Positions 9,605-18,109 of a DNA stretch of 64,000 nucleotides are shown in pieces. Position numbers and translations under genes: made by a program. Below the pieces are notes generated by a model that saw only the letters and a list, made by a program, of their open reading frames with translations, searched no databases and had not been told where the DNA came from. How positions within the stretch are numbered: position 1 is the first letter of the stretch; each line of letters starts with the position of its first letter. Source of the stretch: Vicinamibacterales bacterium (GTDB taxonomy: Bacteria; Acidobacteriota; Vicinamibacteria; Vicinamibacterales; UBA2999); contig JBOGIQ010000001.1 of NCBI GenBank assembly GCA_050742535.1, forward strand, positions 50-64,049. Reading direction: 5' to 3'.

Positions 9605-10131
9605 CGCCGCGGGGCGATTACCGCGTTTCGGTCACCAAGGACTATCTCGTCTTCTCGTCGGCCCATTTCATCACCTTCGCGGGGCATCGCTGCGAAGGCT
9701 TGCACGGTCATAACTACCGCGTGCGGGTCACGATCGAGGGCGCGCTTAACGAAGAGGCGTGGTTCGTGTTCGATTTCGTCGAGCTGAAGGGGATCATGAA
9801 ACGGCTCTGCGACGAGATCGACCATCTGGTGCTGCTGCCGCTCGACAGCGATCGCATCAAGGTCGAGGAGGAGGGCGAGATCGTCCGTGTCAGCGTGGAC
9901 GGCAAGCCGCGCTACACGTTCCCACGGCGCGATTGCGCCCTGCTGCCGATTCCGAATACCACTGTCGAGATGCTGGCGAAGCTGCTGACCGCACGCCTCA
10001 AGGACGCAATCGGCGCCGCAGCGTCGAAACCGCTGACCGCAATCGAGATGGAGGTCGAGGAGAATTTCGGGCAGACGGCGGTGTATCGGGAGGAGATAGG
10101 ACAGGAGACAAGAGACGGAGATAGGAGATAG
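9601..10131 (+). CDS. 6-pyruvoyl-tetrahydropterin synthase-like protein
   Basis: FSSAHFITFAGHRCEGLHGHNYRVRVTIEG...FVFDFVELK is the PTPS fold signature. The ATGA overlaps the upstream gene. Confidence 0.75.
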   Translation: MTPRGDYRVSVTKDYLVFSSAHFITFAGHRCEGLHGHNYRVRVTIEGALNEEAWFVFDFVELKGIMKRLCDEIDHLVLLPLDSDRIKVEEEGEIVRVSVDGKPRYTFPRRDCALLPIPNTTVEMLAKLLTARLKDAIGAAASKPLTAIEMEVEENFGQTAVYREEIGQETRDGDRR

Positions 10132-10160
10132 GAGGACCTTCCTCCTACCTCCTATCTCCC
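10088..10160. repeat. GGAGATA-type heptamer repeat forming a 20-bp hairpin (10117-10159) across two convergent gene ends
   Basis: 10117-10136 pairs with 10140-10159 with one A-C mismatch and a 3-nt loop. The stop of the PTPS-like gene (TAG 10129-10131) and the stop of the HisA/F-like gene (10152-10154) lie inside the two arms. There is no U-tract, so this is not a canonical intrinsic terminator. Confidence 0.8.
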
Positions 10161-10895
10161 ACGTTCCAGCCTCCCGGCGGCCGCAACATCGGCGGGTGTC
10201 AGCCGCCCGTCGTGCAGCGCCGTCGCGACGAGCGCGCCGTCGCACCCGATCGCCGCCAGGTCCCGCACGTCGTCGAGATGCCGGATGCCGCCGGCGGCGA
10301 TCAGTCTCGGCATGCGCACGGCCGCCCGGATTCGACGCATCATCGCCAGATCGGGTCCGGATCCGCTGCCGACGCGCGCAACGTCAAGAACGATCATTTC
10401 GAACGCCCCGGAAATAAATGCCCGCCGCGCCACCTCCTCGGGCAGCGTCGTGCCTGCGGCCTTGCCCATCGGCACGCCGCCGCGAAGATCGAGACTGAAT
10501 ACTGTCGGCCCCGGAGTGCCGAGCGTGATGTCCGCCAGCGCGTCGAACGAGGGCAGCGTCTCGAGGCCGATCACGACGGCGCGTGCCCCTGTCCGAATCA
10601 ATTGCCGCGCGTCCTCGGGCGTGGTGACGCCGCCGTCAACGTAGACCCGCATGCCGAGGCTGCTCACCGCGCGAATGACGTCGTGCTGGGGCCGGCCTGC
10701 TGCGATCGCGTTGAGGTCGGCAATGTAGACGTCGTGAATCTCGAACGTCTCCAGATACACACGCGCCAGCTTCACCGCGTCGCCGTCGATGGCGGCGCCG
10801 CCGGCCTCGCGAACGGGCGCATAGGTCTCGCGCTGTCCGCGACGCGCGTGTACGGCCAGGCCGTCCTTGAGATCGATGACGCCGATGATTCGCAC
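10152..10895 (-). CDS. HisA/HisF-family (beta/alpha)8-barrel protein of the H4MPT cluster
   Basis: The conserved part begins VRIIGVIDLKDGLAVHARRG... The GTG at 10893-10895 is preceded by AGGAGA with a 9-nt spacer. The 527-aa ORF in the track is an artefactual upstream extension. Confidence 0.75.
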   Translation of the reverse strand: MRIIGVIDLKDGLAVHARRGQRETYAPVREAGGAAIDGDAVKLARVYLETFEIHDVYIADLNAIAAGRPQHDVIRAVSSLGMRVYVDGGVTTPEDARQLIRTGARAVVIGLETLPSFDALADITLGTPGPTVFSLDLRGGVPMGKAAGTTLPEEVARRAFISGAFEMIVLDVARVGSGSGPDLAMMRRIRAAVRMPRLIAAGGIRHLDDVRDLAAIGCDGALVATALHDGRLTPADVAAAGRLERGR

Positions 10896-10913
10896 CGGAG
10901 ATATTCTCCTACT

Positions 10914-12620
10914 GTGATTCTCGGCTGGGACATTGGCGGCGTGAACACGAAGGTGGCATGCCTTGGCGACACCGGCGCGCTGACCGTCCGCTCGCGCCCC
11001 TTCGAACTGCAGCGGGAGCCAGATGCGCTCGTCCGCGTACTGCGCGATCTGGCCGCACAGGTTGGCGCAGGATCCATCGTCGAGTCCGGCTTCAGCCGGA
11101 TGACCGTATTCACGTGCGCGGTGACGATGACCGCCGAGCTCTCGCAGATGTTTCGGACCAAGCGTGAAGGGGTGCATTTCGTGCTCGACGCCGTGTCCGC
11201 CGCTTTTCCCGACGCGACGACGCGGGTGTTCACAACGGACGGCCGCTTTCTGACGATTGACACCGCTCGTGTCGAGCCGTTGGCGGTCGCCGCGGCGAAC
11301 TGGGCGGCCACGGCACGCATGGTTGCGTCCCGGTACCGCGACGCGATGCTCGTGGATGTCGGGACGACCACGACGGACATCATCCCGATCGTGAATGGGG
11401 ATGTGGTCGCCGAGGGGAAGACAGATCCGGAGCGTCTGGCGTCCGGCGAGCTGGTATATTCCGGCGCGCTGCGCACGCCGGTTGAGGCGATCGTGCACGA
11501 GGTGAGCGATCGTGGCGAGACCTTCGGCGTGTCCGCTGAAGGATTCGCGCTGATTGGCGACGTGCACGTGTGGCTGGGCCGGCTGGCGGCGGAGGACTAC
11601 ACGGTTCCGACGCCGGACGGTCGCCCTGCGACGCGCGAATTCGCCGGAGAGCGGATCGCGCGCGTGATCTGCGGCGATCGCGAGCTGGTTGGCGACTCTG
11701 CGCGCACGCACATTGCACATGCGATTGCCGCACAACAGGTGGCGGCCATCGCGGCGGCAATCCGGCGCGTGCGTTCACGTCATCCGTCTCTTCGTACAGC
11801 GGTCGTCACCGGTCTCGGTCACTTTATTGCGAGTGCGGCCGCTCGTTCTGCGTCGCTGGACGTCGTGTCGCTCGCGGACGACATCGGCGAGGATGCGGCA
11901 CGCTATGCGCCGGCAGCAGCGGTGGCGCTGTTGTGCGCGGACAGTCAGATAAGAGCGAATAGTCCGATAGAAGATCGTGGGGCAAACCGTGTCAGGCTTG
12001 CCTACCCGGACCCGACAGGGTCCGCGCCACGATCCGCGTTTGTGATCAAAGTCGGTGGCGGTCTGCTCGAACACATCGACCATCTCGATCGCGTCGTTGC
12101 GGCCATCGCCGATGTCGGCCGGACGCTGCGAGTCGTGGTCGTCCCTGGCGGCGGACCGTTCGCGGACGCGGTGCGCCGTGTCGATCGACGTCTGGCGCTC
12201 GGTGACGAGGAAGCACACTGGATGGCGATCCTCGGAATGGATCAGTACGCGCACCTGCTGGCGGCGCGAATCGATTCCGGAACCGTGGTTGCCGGACGCG
12301 AACAGATCGCGGACGCGCATCGCAGAACGCAGATTCCGGTGCTGGCTCCATCGGCATGGCTCAAGGCCGCTGACCCGCTTCCACACAGCTGGGACGTGAC
12401 GAGCGACAGCATCGCAGCCTGGGTGGCCGGCGAACTTGGCGCCGCGCGCCTGCTGTTGATCAAACCGCCCGGCGCGCGGGGTCCGGACCTCGTCGACGCG
12501 CACTTCCAGAAGACACAGCCGGCCGGGTGCGTCTGCGACTGTCTGGACGCCGATGAGGCGATCGGTCTGCTCAGCCGCGCCGCAGGGCACGACCGAGCGC
12601 ACGCACTCGACTCTCGCTGA
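10914..12620 (+). CDS. Fusion of a hydantoinase-like H4MPT-linked C1-pathway protein (MfnF-like) with an amino-acid-kinase-family protein (MfnE-like)
   Basis: The GTG at 10914 gives VILGWDIGGVNTKVA..., with GGAGA upstream. The N-terminal ~350 aa are hydantoinase_A-like (DVGTTTTDIIPI). After a repeat-containing linker the same frame continues VIKVGGGLLEH...VVVVPGGGPFAD, which is amino acid kinase-like. There is no in-frame stop between the two parts. Confidence 0.7.
   Translation: MILGWDIGGVNTKVACLGDTGALTVRSRPFELQREPDALVRVLRDLAAQVGAGSIVESGFSRMTVFTCAVTMTAELSQMFRTKREGVHFVLDAVSAAFPDATTRVFTTDGRFLTIDTARVEPLAVAAANWAATARMVASRYRDAMLVDVGTTTTDIIPIVNGDVVAEGKTDPERLASGELVYSGALRTPVEAIVHEVSDRGETFGVSAEGFALIGDVHVWLGRLAAEDYTVPTPDGRPATREFAGERIARVICGDRELVGDSARTHIAHAIAAQQVAAIAAAIRRVRSRHPSLRTAVVTGLGHFIASAAARSASLDVVSLADDIGEDAARYAPAAAVALLCADSQIRANSPIEDRGANRVRLAYPDPTGSAPRSAFVIKVGGGLLEHIDHLDRVVAAIADVGRTLRVVVVPGGGPFADAVRRVDRRLALGDEEAHWMAILGMDQYAHLLAARIDSGTVVAGREQIADAHRRTQIPVLAPSAWLKAADPLPHSWDVTSDSIAAWVAGELGAARLLLIKPPGARGPDLVDAHFQKTQPAGCVCDCLDADEAIGLLSRAAGHDRAHALDSR
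11083..11102. repeat. REP-type hairpin, family E (GAGTCCGGC-TTYA-GCCGGAT)
   Basis: GAGTCCGGCTTCAGCCGGAT lies inside the CDS and is translated ESGFSRM. Confidence 0.8.
11973..12034. repeat. Composite hairpin element, family B (GATCGTGG ... two hairpins ... CCACGATC)
   Basis: GATCGTGG GGCAAACC-GTGTCA-GGCTTGCC TAC CCGGACCC-GACA-GGGTCCGCG CCACGATC. It lies in the linker of the fused CDS. Confidence 0.85.
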
Positions 12621-13263
12621 CGACGCCGTTCCGGCCGTTGTCGCAGGCGGCGCCGCGAACGCCGGCGATATCGGCGCCGGCGTCGTGAACGCGTTCCAGA
12701 TCGTCGATCGTCAGGCTGCCCGCCACCGCAACGATTCGTCCCGATCCCCTGGCCCGCGCGACGAACGACCGGAGCGAGACGGATGTCATGAGCGTGGTGA
12801 GGCCGGGGCCGCATTTGTCGCAGGTGTCGAGCAGTACGCCGGCAGCGCGGCTGCGATCCGCAAGTGCAATCACTTCATCAGGTGTCGGCGCCGCGACTTT
12901 CTCGAAGTCTGCGTACGCAACCAGTACCAGATCCGCGGCGATGCTGTTGACCGCTTCTGACGTCAGCACGTCGGCCGCGGCATCGAGCCGTCCTCGCATC
13001 CCCGCGAACCCGACCTTGACGAACGCCGCATGTACCCGCGTCGCGGCGTGCGCGCCGCGGACGATGTCGTCGCGACCGGCTTCGCCGAGCGCCGCGCTCA
13101 CCGGGGCCCCGCCGGCGACCGCCGACGCGATTGATGCGAGGGCGGCGGGAGAAACCGGACCGAGCGGGCCGTTCGACGGCTCCTTCGCGTCGACGATGTC
13201 CGCGCCGCCGGCCAGCGCCGCTGCAGCCTCGGAGGCGTTTCGCACGCTCACCAGCAACCGCAT
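12571..13263 (-). CDS. mfnB: (5-formylfuran-3-yl)methyl phosphate synthase (MfnB, DUF556)
   Basis: MRLLVSVRNASEAAAALAGGADIVDAKEPSNGPLG...LLDTCDK.GPGL...AVAGSL...GVRGAACDNGRNG matches archaeal MfnB along its length from memory. The 3' end overlaps the convergent upstream CDS by 50 bp. Confidence 0.8.
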   Translation of the reverse strand: MRLLVSVRNASEAAAALAGGADIVDAKEPSNGPLGPVSPAALASIASAVAGGAPVSAALGEAGRDDIVRGAHAATRVHAAFVKVGFAGMRGRLDAAADVLTSEAVNSIAADLVLVAYADFEKVAAPTPDEVIALADRSRAAGVLLDTCDKCGPGLTTLMTSVSLRSFVARARGSGRIVAVAGSLTIDDLERVHDAGADIAGVRGAACDNGRNGVVSESRVRALGRALRRG

Positions 13264-13293
13264 GAGGTGGGAAGCCTACTATGATCGCCTTCC

Positions 13294-14061
13294 ATGGTGG
13301 ATTCGGCGCCGCTGGCCGGGCAAACGATGGTCATCACGGGAGCCTCGAGCGGCATCGGCCGCGGCATCGCACTCGCCGCCGCCCGCGCTGGCGCCGACGT
13401 CGCCCTCACGTACCGATCGAACGAAGCGGGCGTACGCCAGACCGCGGCGGACGTCGAGGCGATCGGCCGGCGTGCTGTCGTCACCCGCATGGATCTCGCG
13501 GACGCCCAGTCGATTCACGCGTTGGCGGACGAGGTCAGCGGGACGTTTGGCCGCATCGACGCCTGGGTGAACAACGCCGGCGCGGATATCGTGACCAGCG
13601 GCGGCGACGCCCTGTCGCGCCTCGACAAGCTCGATCTGCTGCTGCGCGTCGATCTGCGAGGCACGATGATCGCGTCGTGGAAAGCAGCGGAACTCATGGC
13701 GGCGCAATCCGATGGCGGGGTCATCATCAATCTCAGCTGGGATCACGTCGCCACCGGGATGGAAGGGTCGAACCCGCAGCTCTATTCCGCGGCCAAGGGC
13801 GCCATCACGTCGTTCAGCAAGTCGCTGGCACGCAGCGTCGCGCCGCGCGTGCGCGTGAATATCGTGGCGCCGGGCTGGATCGAAACGGCGTTCGGCTCGG
13901 GCGTCGATCGCGGCGTGTACCGCGCCGTTGCCGAGTCCACGCCGTTGAAGCGGTGGGGCAAGCCGGCCGATGTCGCCGGCGCAGTGGTGTTTCTCGCATC
14001 GGCGGCGGCGTCGTTTCTCACAGGCGAGACGATCAACGTCGGTGGGGGAGTGGTGATGTAG
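13294..14061 (+). CDS. SDR-family oxidoreductase
   Basis: TGASSGIGRG, NNAG and YSAAK motifs. The start lies only 30 bp from the divergent mfnB start. Confidence 0.8.
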   Translation: MVDSAPLAGQTMVITGASSGIGRGIALAAARAGADVALTYRSNEAGVRQTAADVEAIGRRAVVTRMDLADAQSIHALADEVSGTFGRIDAWVNNAGADIVTSGGDALSRLDKLDLLLRVDLRGTMIASWKAAELMAAQSDGGVIINLSWDHVATGMEGSNPQLYSAAKGAITSFSKSLARSVAPRVRVNIVAPGWIETAFGSGVDRGVYRAVAESTPLKRWGKPADVAGAVVFLASAAASFLTGETINVGGGVVM

Positions 14062-14100
14062 TGATGTGGGGCATCGTTGGGCGCGTTGGGAGTTTTCGAT

Positions 14101-14460
14101 ATGCCAACAAAAGAACGCACGTATAACGACACTGAGATTGCGGACCGGCTGAAAGATCTCCCCGGCTGGTATTTGGAAGACGGGTGGATCCGGCGCGTCT
14201 ACAAGACAGACGGCTGGCCGACGACGCTGATGCTGGTGAACGCCATCGGCTATCTCTCCGAAGCGGCGTACCACCATCCGGATCTGTCCGTGACCTGGGG
14301 ACGGCTGACGGTGAAGCTGTCGACGCACAGCGCCGGCGGCATCACCGACAAGGACTTCGAGCTGGCGCGCAAGATCGAGGATGTCGTCCTCTGGCGTCCG
14401 TCCGGCGGCTCGCTCGAGGGGACGCCGAACAAGTTCGTGCGGAGCGGCGATCCGCGTTGA
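14101..14460 (+). CDS. Pterin-4-alpha-carbinolamine dehydratase
   Basis: MPTKERTYNDTEIADRLKDLPGW...AAYHHPDLSVTWGRLTVKLSTHSAGGITDKDFELA is the typical PCD/DCoH pattern. Confidence 0.8.
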   Translation: MPTKERTYNDTEIADRLKDLPGWYLEDGWIRRVYKTDGWPTTLMLVNAIGYLSEAAYHHPDLSVTWGRLTVKLSTHSAGGITDKDFELARKIEDVVLWRPSGGSLEGTPNKFVRSGDPR

Positions 14461-14476
14461 TCGACCCTCAGCGATC

Positions 14477-15904
14477 GTGACAGCCAACGGGGTCACACGC
14501 GTACTGTTCGTCACCGGCAAGCTGGCAGAGCCGGCACTGCGGCGTGTGCTCTCGGAGGCGGACCTGCCGTTCAGCGTGGATGTGGCGGTGATGCGCATTA
14601 CCGTTGCCGCGCTGATGACGACGGAGTGGATCGCCCGCTTTCTGGAGGTTCCGTCCGGCACCGACCTGGTCATGATTCCCGGCCTGTGCGAAGGCGACGC
14701 CGCGGCCGTCGCTGCCAGCACGGGCGTGCGCGTCGAGAAGGGGCCCAAAGACCTGCGCGAGATCCCGCAGTATTTCGGCCGCGCCGAAGCGGCGCGCGAC
14801 TACGGCGCGTGGGACATCGAGATCCTCGCGGAAATCAACAACGCCCCGCGGCTGACACCGGCGGCCATCCGCGCGGCAGCGGAGTACTTCCGTACGTCGG
14901 GCGCCGACGTGATCGACATCGGCTGCACGCCCGGGCTGCAATTCCCAAACCTCGGCGCCATCGTTCGCGACCTCGCGTCAGCCGGGATGCGTGTGAGCAT
15001 CGACACGTTCGACCCGCACGAAATCCGCACCGCGGTCGAGGCCGGCGCCGAGCTCGTCCTCAGCGTCAACGGCACCAATATCGATGTCGCCCGCGATCTG
15101 GCCGGGTCGCCGGCGCGTGTCGTTGTCGTTCCTGATCTCGGCGCGTCGCTCGACACGATGGATCGCAGCGTCGACAAGCTGGAGGCGTGGGGCGTGCCGT
15201 ATCTGCTCGATCCGATCCTCGAGCCGATCGGGTTCGGCTTCACGGCATCGATCGAGCGCTACGCCGGGACCCGCCGCCGCTACCCGGATGCCGACATGTT
15301 GATGGGGATTGGGAACCTCACGGAACTGACGGCGGCGGATTCGACCGGCGTGAACGCGATGCTCATCGCCGTCTGTCAGGAGCTCGGCATTCGGTCCGTC
15401 CTGACGACGGAGGTCATTCCGTGGGCCAGAGGAGCCGTGCGCGAAATAGGGATCGCGCGTCAGCTGATGCACTACGCCGTCACACGCAGGACGATCCCGA
15501 AGGGCGTGGACGATCGGCTGGTGACGATCAAGGACCCGTCGGTCCTCAGCTACAGCGAGGGCGAGCTGCGTGCCCTGCAGGCGCGCATCACCGACCCGAA
15601 CTTTCGCATCTTTGCCGACGCGGACGCGATTACGGTGTTCAACAACGAGCGGTTCGTGCGCGGCACGAACATCCAGGAAATCTTCAATCAACTTGGCGTG
15701 GACGAGCCGTCGCACGCCTTCTATCTGGGCAAGGAACTGGCGCGGGCGAGTCTGGCGGTCACGCTCGGAAAGACGTACCGTCAGGAAGGATCGCTGTCGT
15801 GGGGCTATCTGACGCCGCCCGACGATGCGAAGTCCGAGCACGTGACGCTGACGCAGAAACCGGCACGCCTGAAGGGGCGCCCTACGAACGCGAACCCGTC
15901 ATGA
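14477..15904 (+). CDS. Dihydropteroate-synthase-like protein (archaeal/H4MPT type)
   Basis: GTG at 14477. The N-terminal domain (VLFVTGKLAEPALRRVL) is followed by a pterin-binding-like barrel (GADVIDIGCTPG, VSIDTF, MGIGNLTELT). The C-terminal tail is encoded by a family C hairpin. Confidence 0.75.
   Translation: MTANGVTRVLFVTGKLAEPALRRVLSEADLPFSVDVAVMRITVAALMTTEWIARFLEVPSGTDLVMIPGLCEGDAAAVAASTGVRVEKGPKDLREIPQYFGRAEAARDYGAWDIEILAEINNAPRLTPAAIRAAAEYFRTSGADVIDIGCTPGLQFPNLGAIVRDLASAGMRVSIDTFDPHEIRTAVEAGAELVLSVNGTNIDVARDLAGSPARVVVVPDLGASLDTMDRSVDKLEAWGVPYLLDPILEPIGFGFTASIERYAGTRRRYPDADMLMGIGNLTELTAADSTGVNAMLIAVCQELGIRSVLTTEVIPWARGAVREIGIARQLMHYAVTRRTIPKGVDDRLVTIKDPSVLSYSEGELRALQARITDPNFRIFADADAITVFNNERFVRGTNIQEIFNQLGVDEPSHAFYLGKELARASLAVTLGKTYRQEGSLSWGYLTPPDDAKSEHVTLTQKPARLKGRPTNANPS
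15862..15886. repeat. REP-type hairpin, family C (GGCRCCCC-TGAA-GGGGYGCC plus CTACG), degenerate copy
   Basis: GGCACGCC TGAA GGGGCGCC CTACG, translated ARLKGRPTN. Confidence 0.7.
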
Positions 15905-16515
15905 GTGAGATGCAACGAGGCAGCGACGTCCGCACGTCCGAATACCCGATCGACACGCTGTTCCTGGATCGATGGTCGCCGCGCGCGATGTCCGGCGAAG
16001 CGCTCAGCGACGCCGAGCTGCTGACGTTGTTCGAGGCGGCGCATTGGGCTCCCTCATCCGGTAATTCGCAGCCGTGGCGGTTCCTCTATGCCCGCCGCGA
16101 CACGGAGCACTGGCCGCTGTTCTTCGATTTGCTGAACGAAGGCAACAAGACCTGGTGCCATCGCGCCGCCGCGCTGCTCGTGTTCATCTCGCGCACGACG
16201 AACGAGAAGTCGGGCCGCGCGCTCGTCACCCATTCGTATGACACCGGCGCCGCCTGGATGAGCCTTGCCCTGCAGGGGTGGATCAAGGGGCTGGTCGTGC
16301 ACGGGATGGCCGGGTTCGATTACGCCCGCGCGAAAGACGCGCTGCACGTGCCGGATGACTTCACGGTCGAGGCAATGGCTGCCATCGGCCGGCTCGGGCC
16401 GAAGGAGGATCTGCCGCCGCAGCATCTCTCGCGGGAATTCCCCGGTCAGCGCCGGCCGGTCGCCGAACTCGTGTTCGCGGGACCGTTTCGCCCGGACGGT
16501 GGAGTCCGGCTTTAG
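15901..16515 (+). CDS. Nitroreductase-family protein
   Basis: The ATGA overlaps the upstream gene. RWSPRAM...AAHWAPSSGNSQPWRFLY is the nitroreductase signature. Confidence 0.75.
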   Translation: MSEMQRGSDVRTSEYPIDTLFLDRWSPRAMSGEALSDAELLTLFEAAHWAPSSGNSQPWRFLYARRDTEHWPLFFDLLNEGNKTWCHRAAALLVFISRTTNEKSGRALVTHSYDTGAAWMSLALQGWIKGLVVHGMAGFDYARAKDALHVPDDFTVEAMAAIGRLGPKEDLPPQHLSREFPGQRRPVAELVFAGPFRPDGGVRL

Positions 16516-16521
16516 CCGGAT
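16502..16521. repeat. REP-type hairpin, family E
   Basis: GAGTCCGGCTTTAGCCGGAT. The TAG in its loop (16513-16515) is the nitroreductase stop codon. Confidence 0.85.
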
Positions 16522-16534
16522 AGCCGATTAGCTC

Positions 16535-18013
16535 ATGTCCACGGTGATCGAGCTCACCGAAGCTCCAGATCCTGCACGCTGCTGCGAGCTGTTCGCCGGG
16601 CTGCCGTACCGGCTCTTCCTCGACAGCGCGACGCCGGCGACACGCCTCGGCCGCTTCTCCTTCCTGACCGCGGATCCTGTTGCGATCGTACAGAGCAAGG
16701 GCGCGCGGACCGAGGTACACGATGGGCGAAACGGCGTGCGTGTCGTTGCTGGCGACGCGCTCCTGCATGTCGGCGCGCTGCTCGGTCCATACCGGCGAAC
16801 CGCGCTCGAAGGGCTGCCGCCTTTTCAGGGCGGCGCCGCCGGCTATCTCGCCTATGACTGGGGACGGGTGGTCGAGCGCATTCCGGAGAATCGCCACGAT
16901 GATCTCGGACTGCCGGACGCGGTCTTCGGAATTTATGACTGGGTGATTGGGTGGGATCACCGCGCATCGCGCGCGTGGCTGATTTCGACTGGGATTCCTG
17001 AAACGGGGGACGCGGCGCAAGCGCGGAGGGCAGACGAGCGCGCGAAGACGATTGTGGCGAGACTAAATGGGGATCGTGGCGCGGACGTTGGTACGTCCGC
17101 GTCTGGCGAGCCTGACAAGGCTCGCCCCACGATCGCGGATGCTCCCTCGCATCCTGTCGAAGGCGGCTGGTGGGATCGACGCCTCGACGTCCGATCCTCC
17201 TTCACGCATGAGGGGTATCTCGACGCGGTCGCTCGCGTCCGCGAGTACATCCTCGCCGGGGACATCTTCCAGACCAACCTGTCGCAGCGGTTCGAGGCGC
17301 CGCTGACCGAGTCGCCGTGGCAGCTGTACCGCCGGATGCGGATTCGCAACGCCGCGCCGTTCGCCGCGTTCTTCGACACGCCGGACGTGTCCGTGGTCAG
17401 CGCGTCGCCCGAGCGTTTCCTGCGCGTGGACGAGGGCGGCCATGTCGAGACGCGGCCGATCAAGGGCACGATGCCGCGCGGCTTCGGCCCCGAGCACGAC
17501 GGCTTACTCGGTCAGGCTCTGTCGGAAAGCGCCAAGGACCGCGCCGAGAACCTGATGATCGTCGACCTGATGCGCAACGATCTGTCGCGCGTGTGCAGCG
17601 CGGGCACCGTGCGCGTGCCGGAGCTGTTTACCCTCGAACACTACGCGACGGTGCACCACCTCGTCTCGACGGTGGTCGGCGAGCTGGCGCCCGGGCGCGA
17701 TGCGCTCGACCTGCTCCGCGCCGCCTTTCCCGGCGGATCGATTACCGGCGCGCCGAAGGTCCGGGCCATGGAAATCATCGCCGAGCTCGAGCCGTCGCAG
17801 CGCAGCGTCTACTGCGGGTCCCTTGGGTACTGCAGCGTGACTGGCGCGCTCGATACCAGCATCGCCATCCGGACGGTGATCGCACCGGCAGGGCGCGGTC
17901 GCGTGTATTTCAGCGCCGGCGGCGGCATCGTGGCCGATTCGGACCCCGAGCAGGAGTACCGCGAGACGCTCCACAAGGCCCGTGGCATGATCGACGTTTT
18001 GAGGCACCCGTGA
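16535..18013 (+). CDS. pabB: Aminodeoxychorismate synthase component I
   Basis: Chorismate-binding enzyme motifs (DIFQTNLSQRF, SASPERFL, RPIKGT, AENLMIVDLMRND, PGGSITGAPK). It contains a 63-bp family B element in frame. Confidence 0.8.
   Translation: MSTVIELTEAPDPARCCELFAGLPYRLFLDSATPATRLGRFSFLTADPVAIVQSKGARTEVHDGRNGVRVVAGDALLHVGALLGPYRRTALEGLPPFQGGAAGYLAYDWGRVVERIPENRHDDLGLPDAVFGIYDWVIGWDHRASRAWLISTGIPETGDAAQARRADERAKTIVARLNGDRGADVGTSASGEPDKARPTIADAPSHPVEGGWWDRRLDVRSSFTHEGYLDAVARVREYILAGDIFQTNLSQRFEAPLTESPWQLYRRMRIRNAAPFAAFFDTPDVSVVSASPERFLRVDEGGHVETRPIKGTMPRGFGPEHDGLLGQALSESAKDRAENLMIVDLMRNDLSRVCSAGTVRVPELFTLEHYATVHHLVSTVVGELAPGRDALDLLRAAFPGGSITGAPKVRAMEIIAELEPSQRSVYCGSLGYCSVTGALDTSIAIRTVIAPAGRGRVYFSAGGGIVADSDPEQEYRETLHKARGMIDVLRHP
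17072..17134. repeat. Composite hairpin element, family B
   Basis: GATCGTGG CGCGGACG-TTGGTA-CGTCCGCG TCT GGCGAGCC-TGACAA-GGCTCGCC CCACGATC. It is exactly 63 bp and is translated as part of NGDRGADVGTSASGEPDKARPTIADA. Confidence 0.9.
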
Positions 18014-18097
18014 AGTGGAAAACTGGAAAACTGGAAAAGTAGAAAAGGTCGAAAAGTAGGAAAGTCGCCACTTTTCCACCTTTCCATTTTTCAACTT
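18014..18097. repeat. AT-rich octamer repeat (TGGAAAAC-like) forming a long imperfect hairpin between pabB and pabA
   Basis: GTGGAAAACTGGAAAACTGGAAAAGTAGAAAAGGTCGAAAAGTAGGAAAGT cgcc ACTTTTCCACCTTTCCATTTTTCAACTTTTG. The arms are complementary with several mismatches. Confidence 0.75.
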
Positions 18098-18109
18098 TTG
18101 TACTTACAA

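Noticed and set aside
10152-11735. 527-aa version of the HisA/F-like ORF
   Set aside because: Only the last 247 codons look like the barrel protein. A GTG with a good AGGAGA site at 10895 fits. The upstream extension overlaps the well-supported divergent gene.
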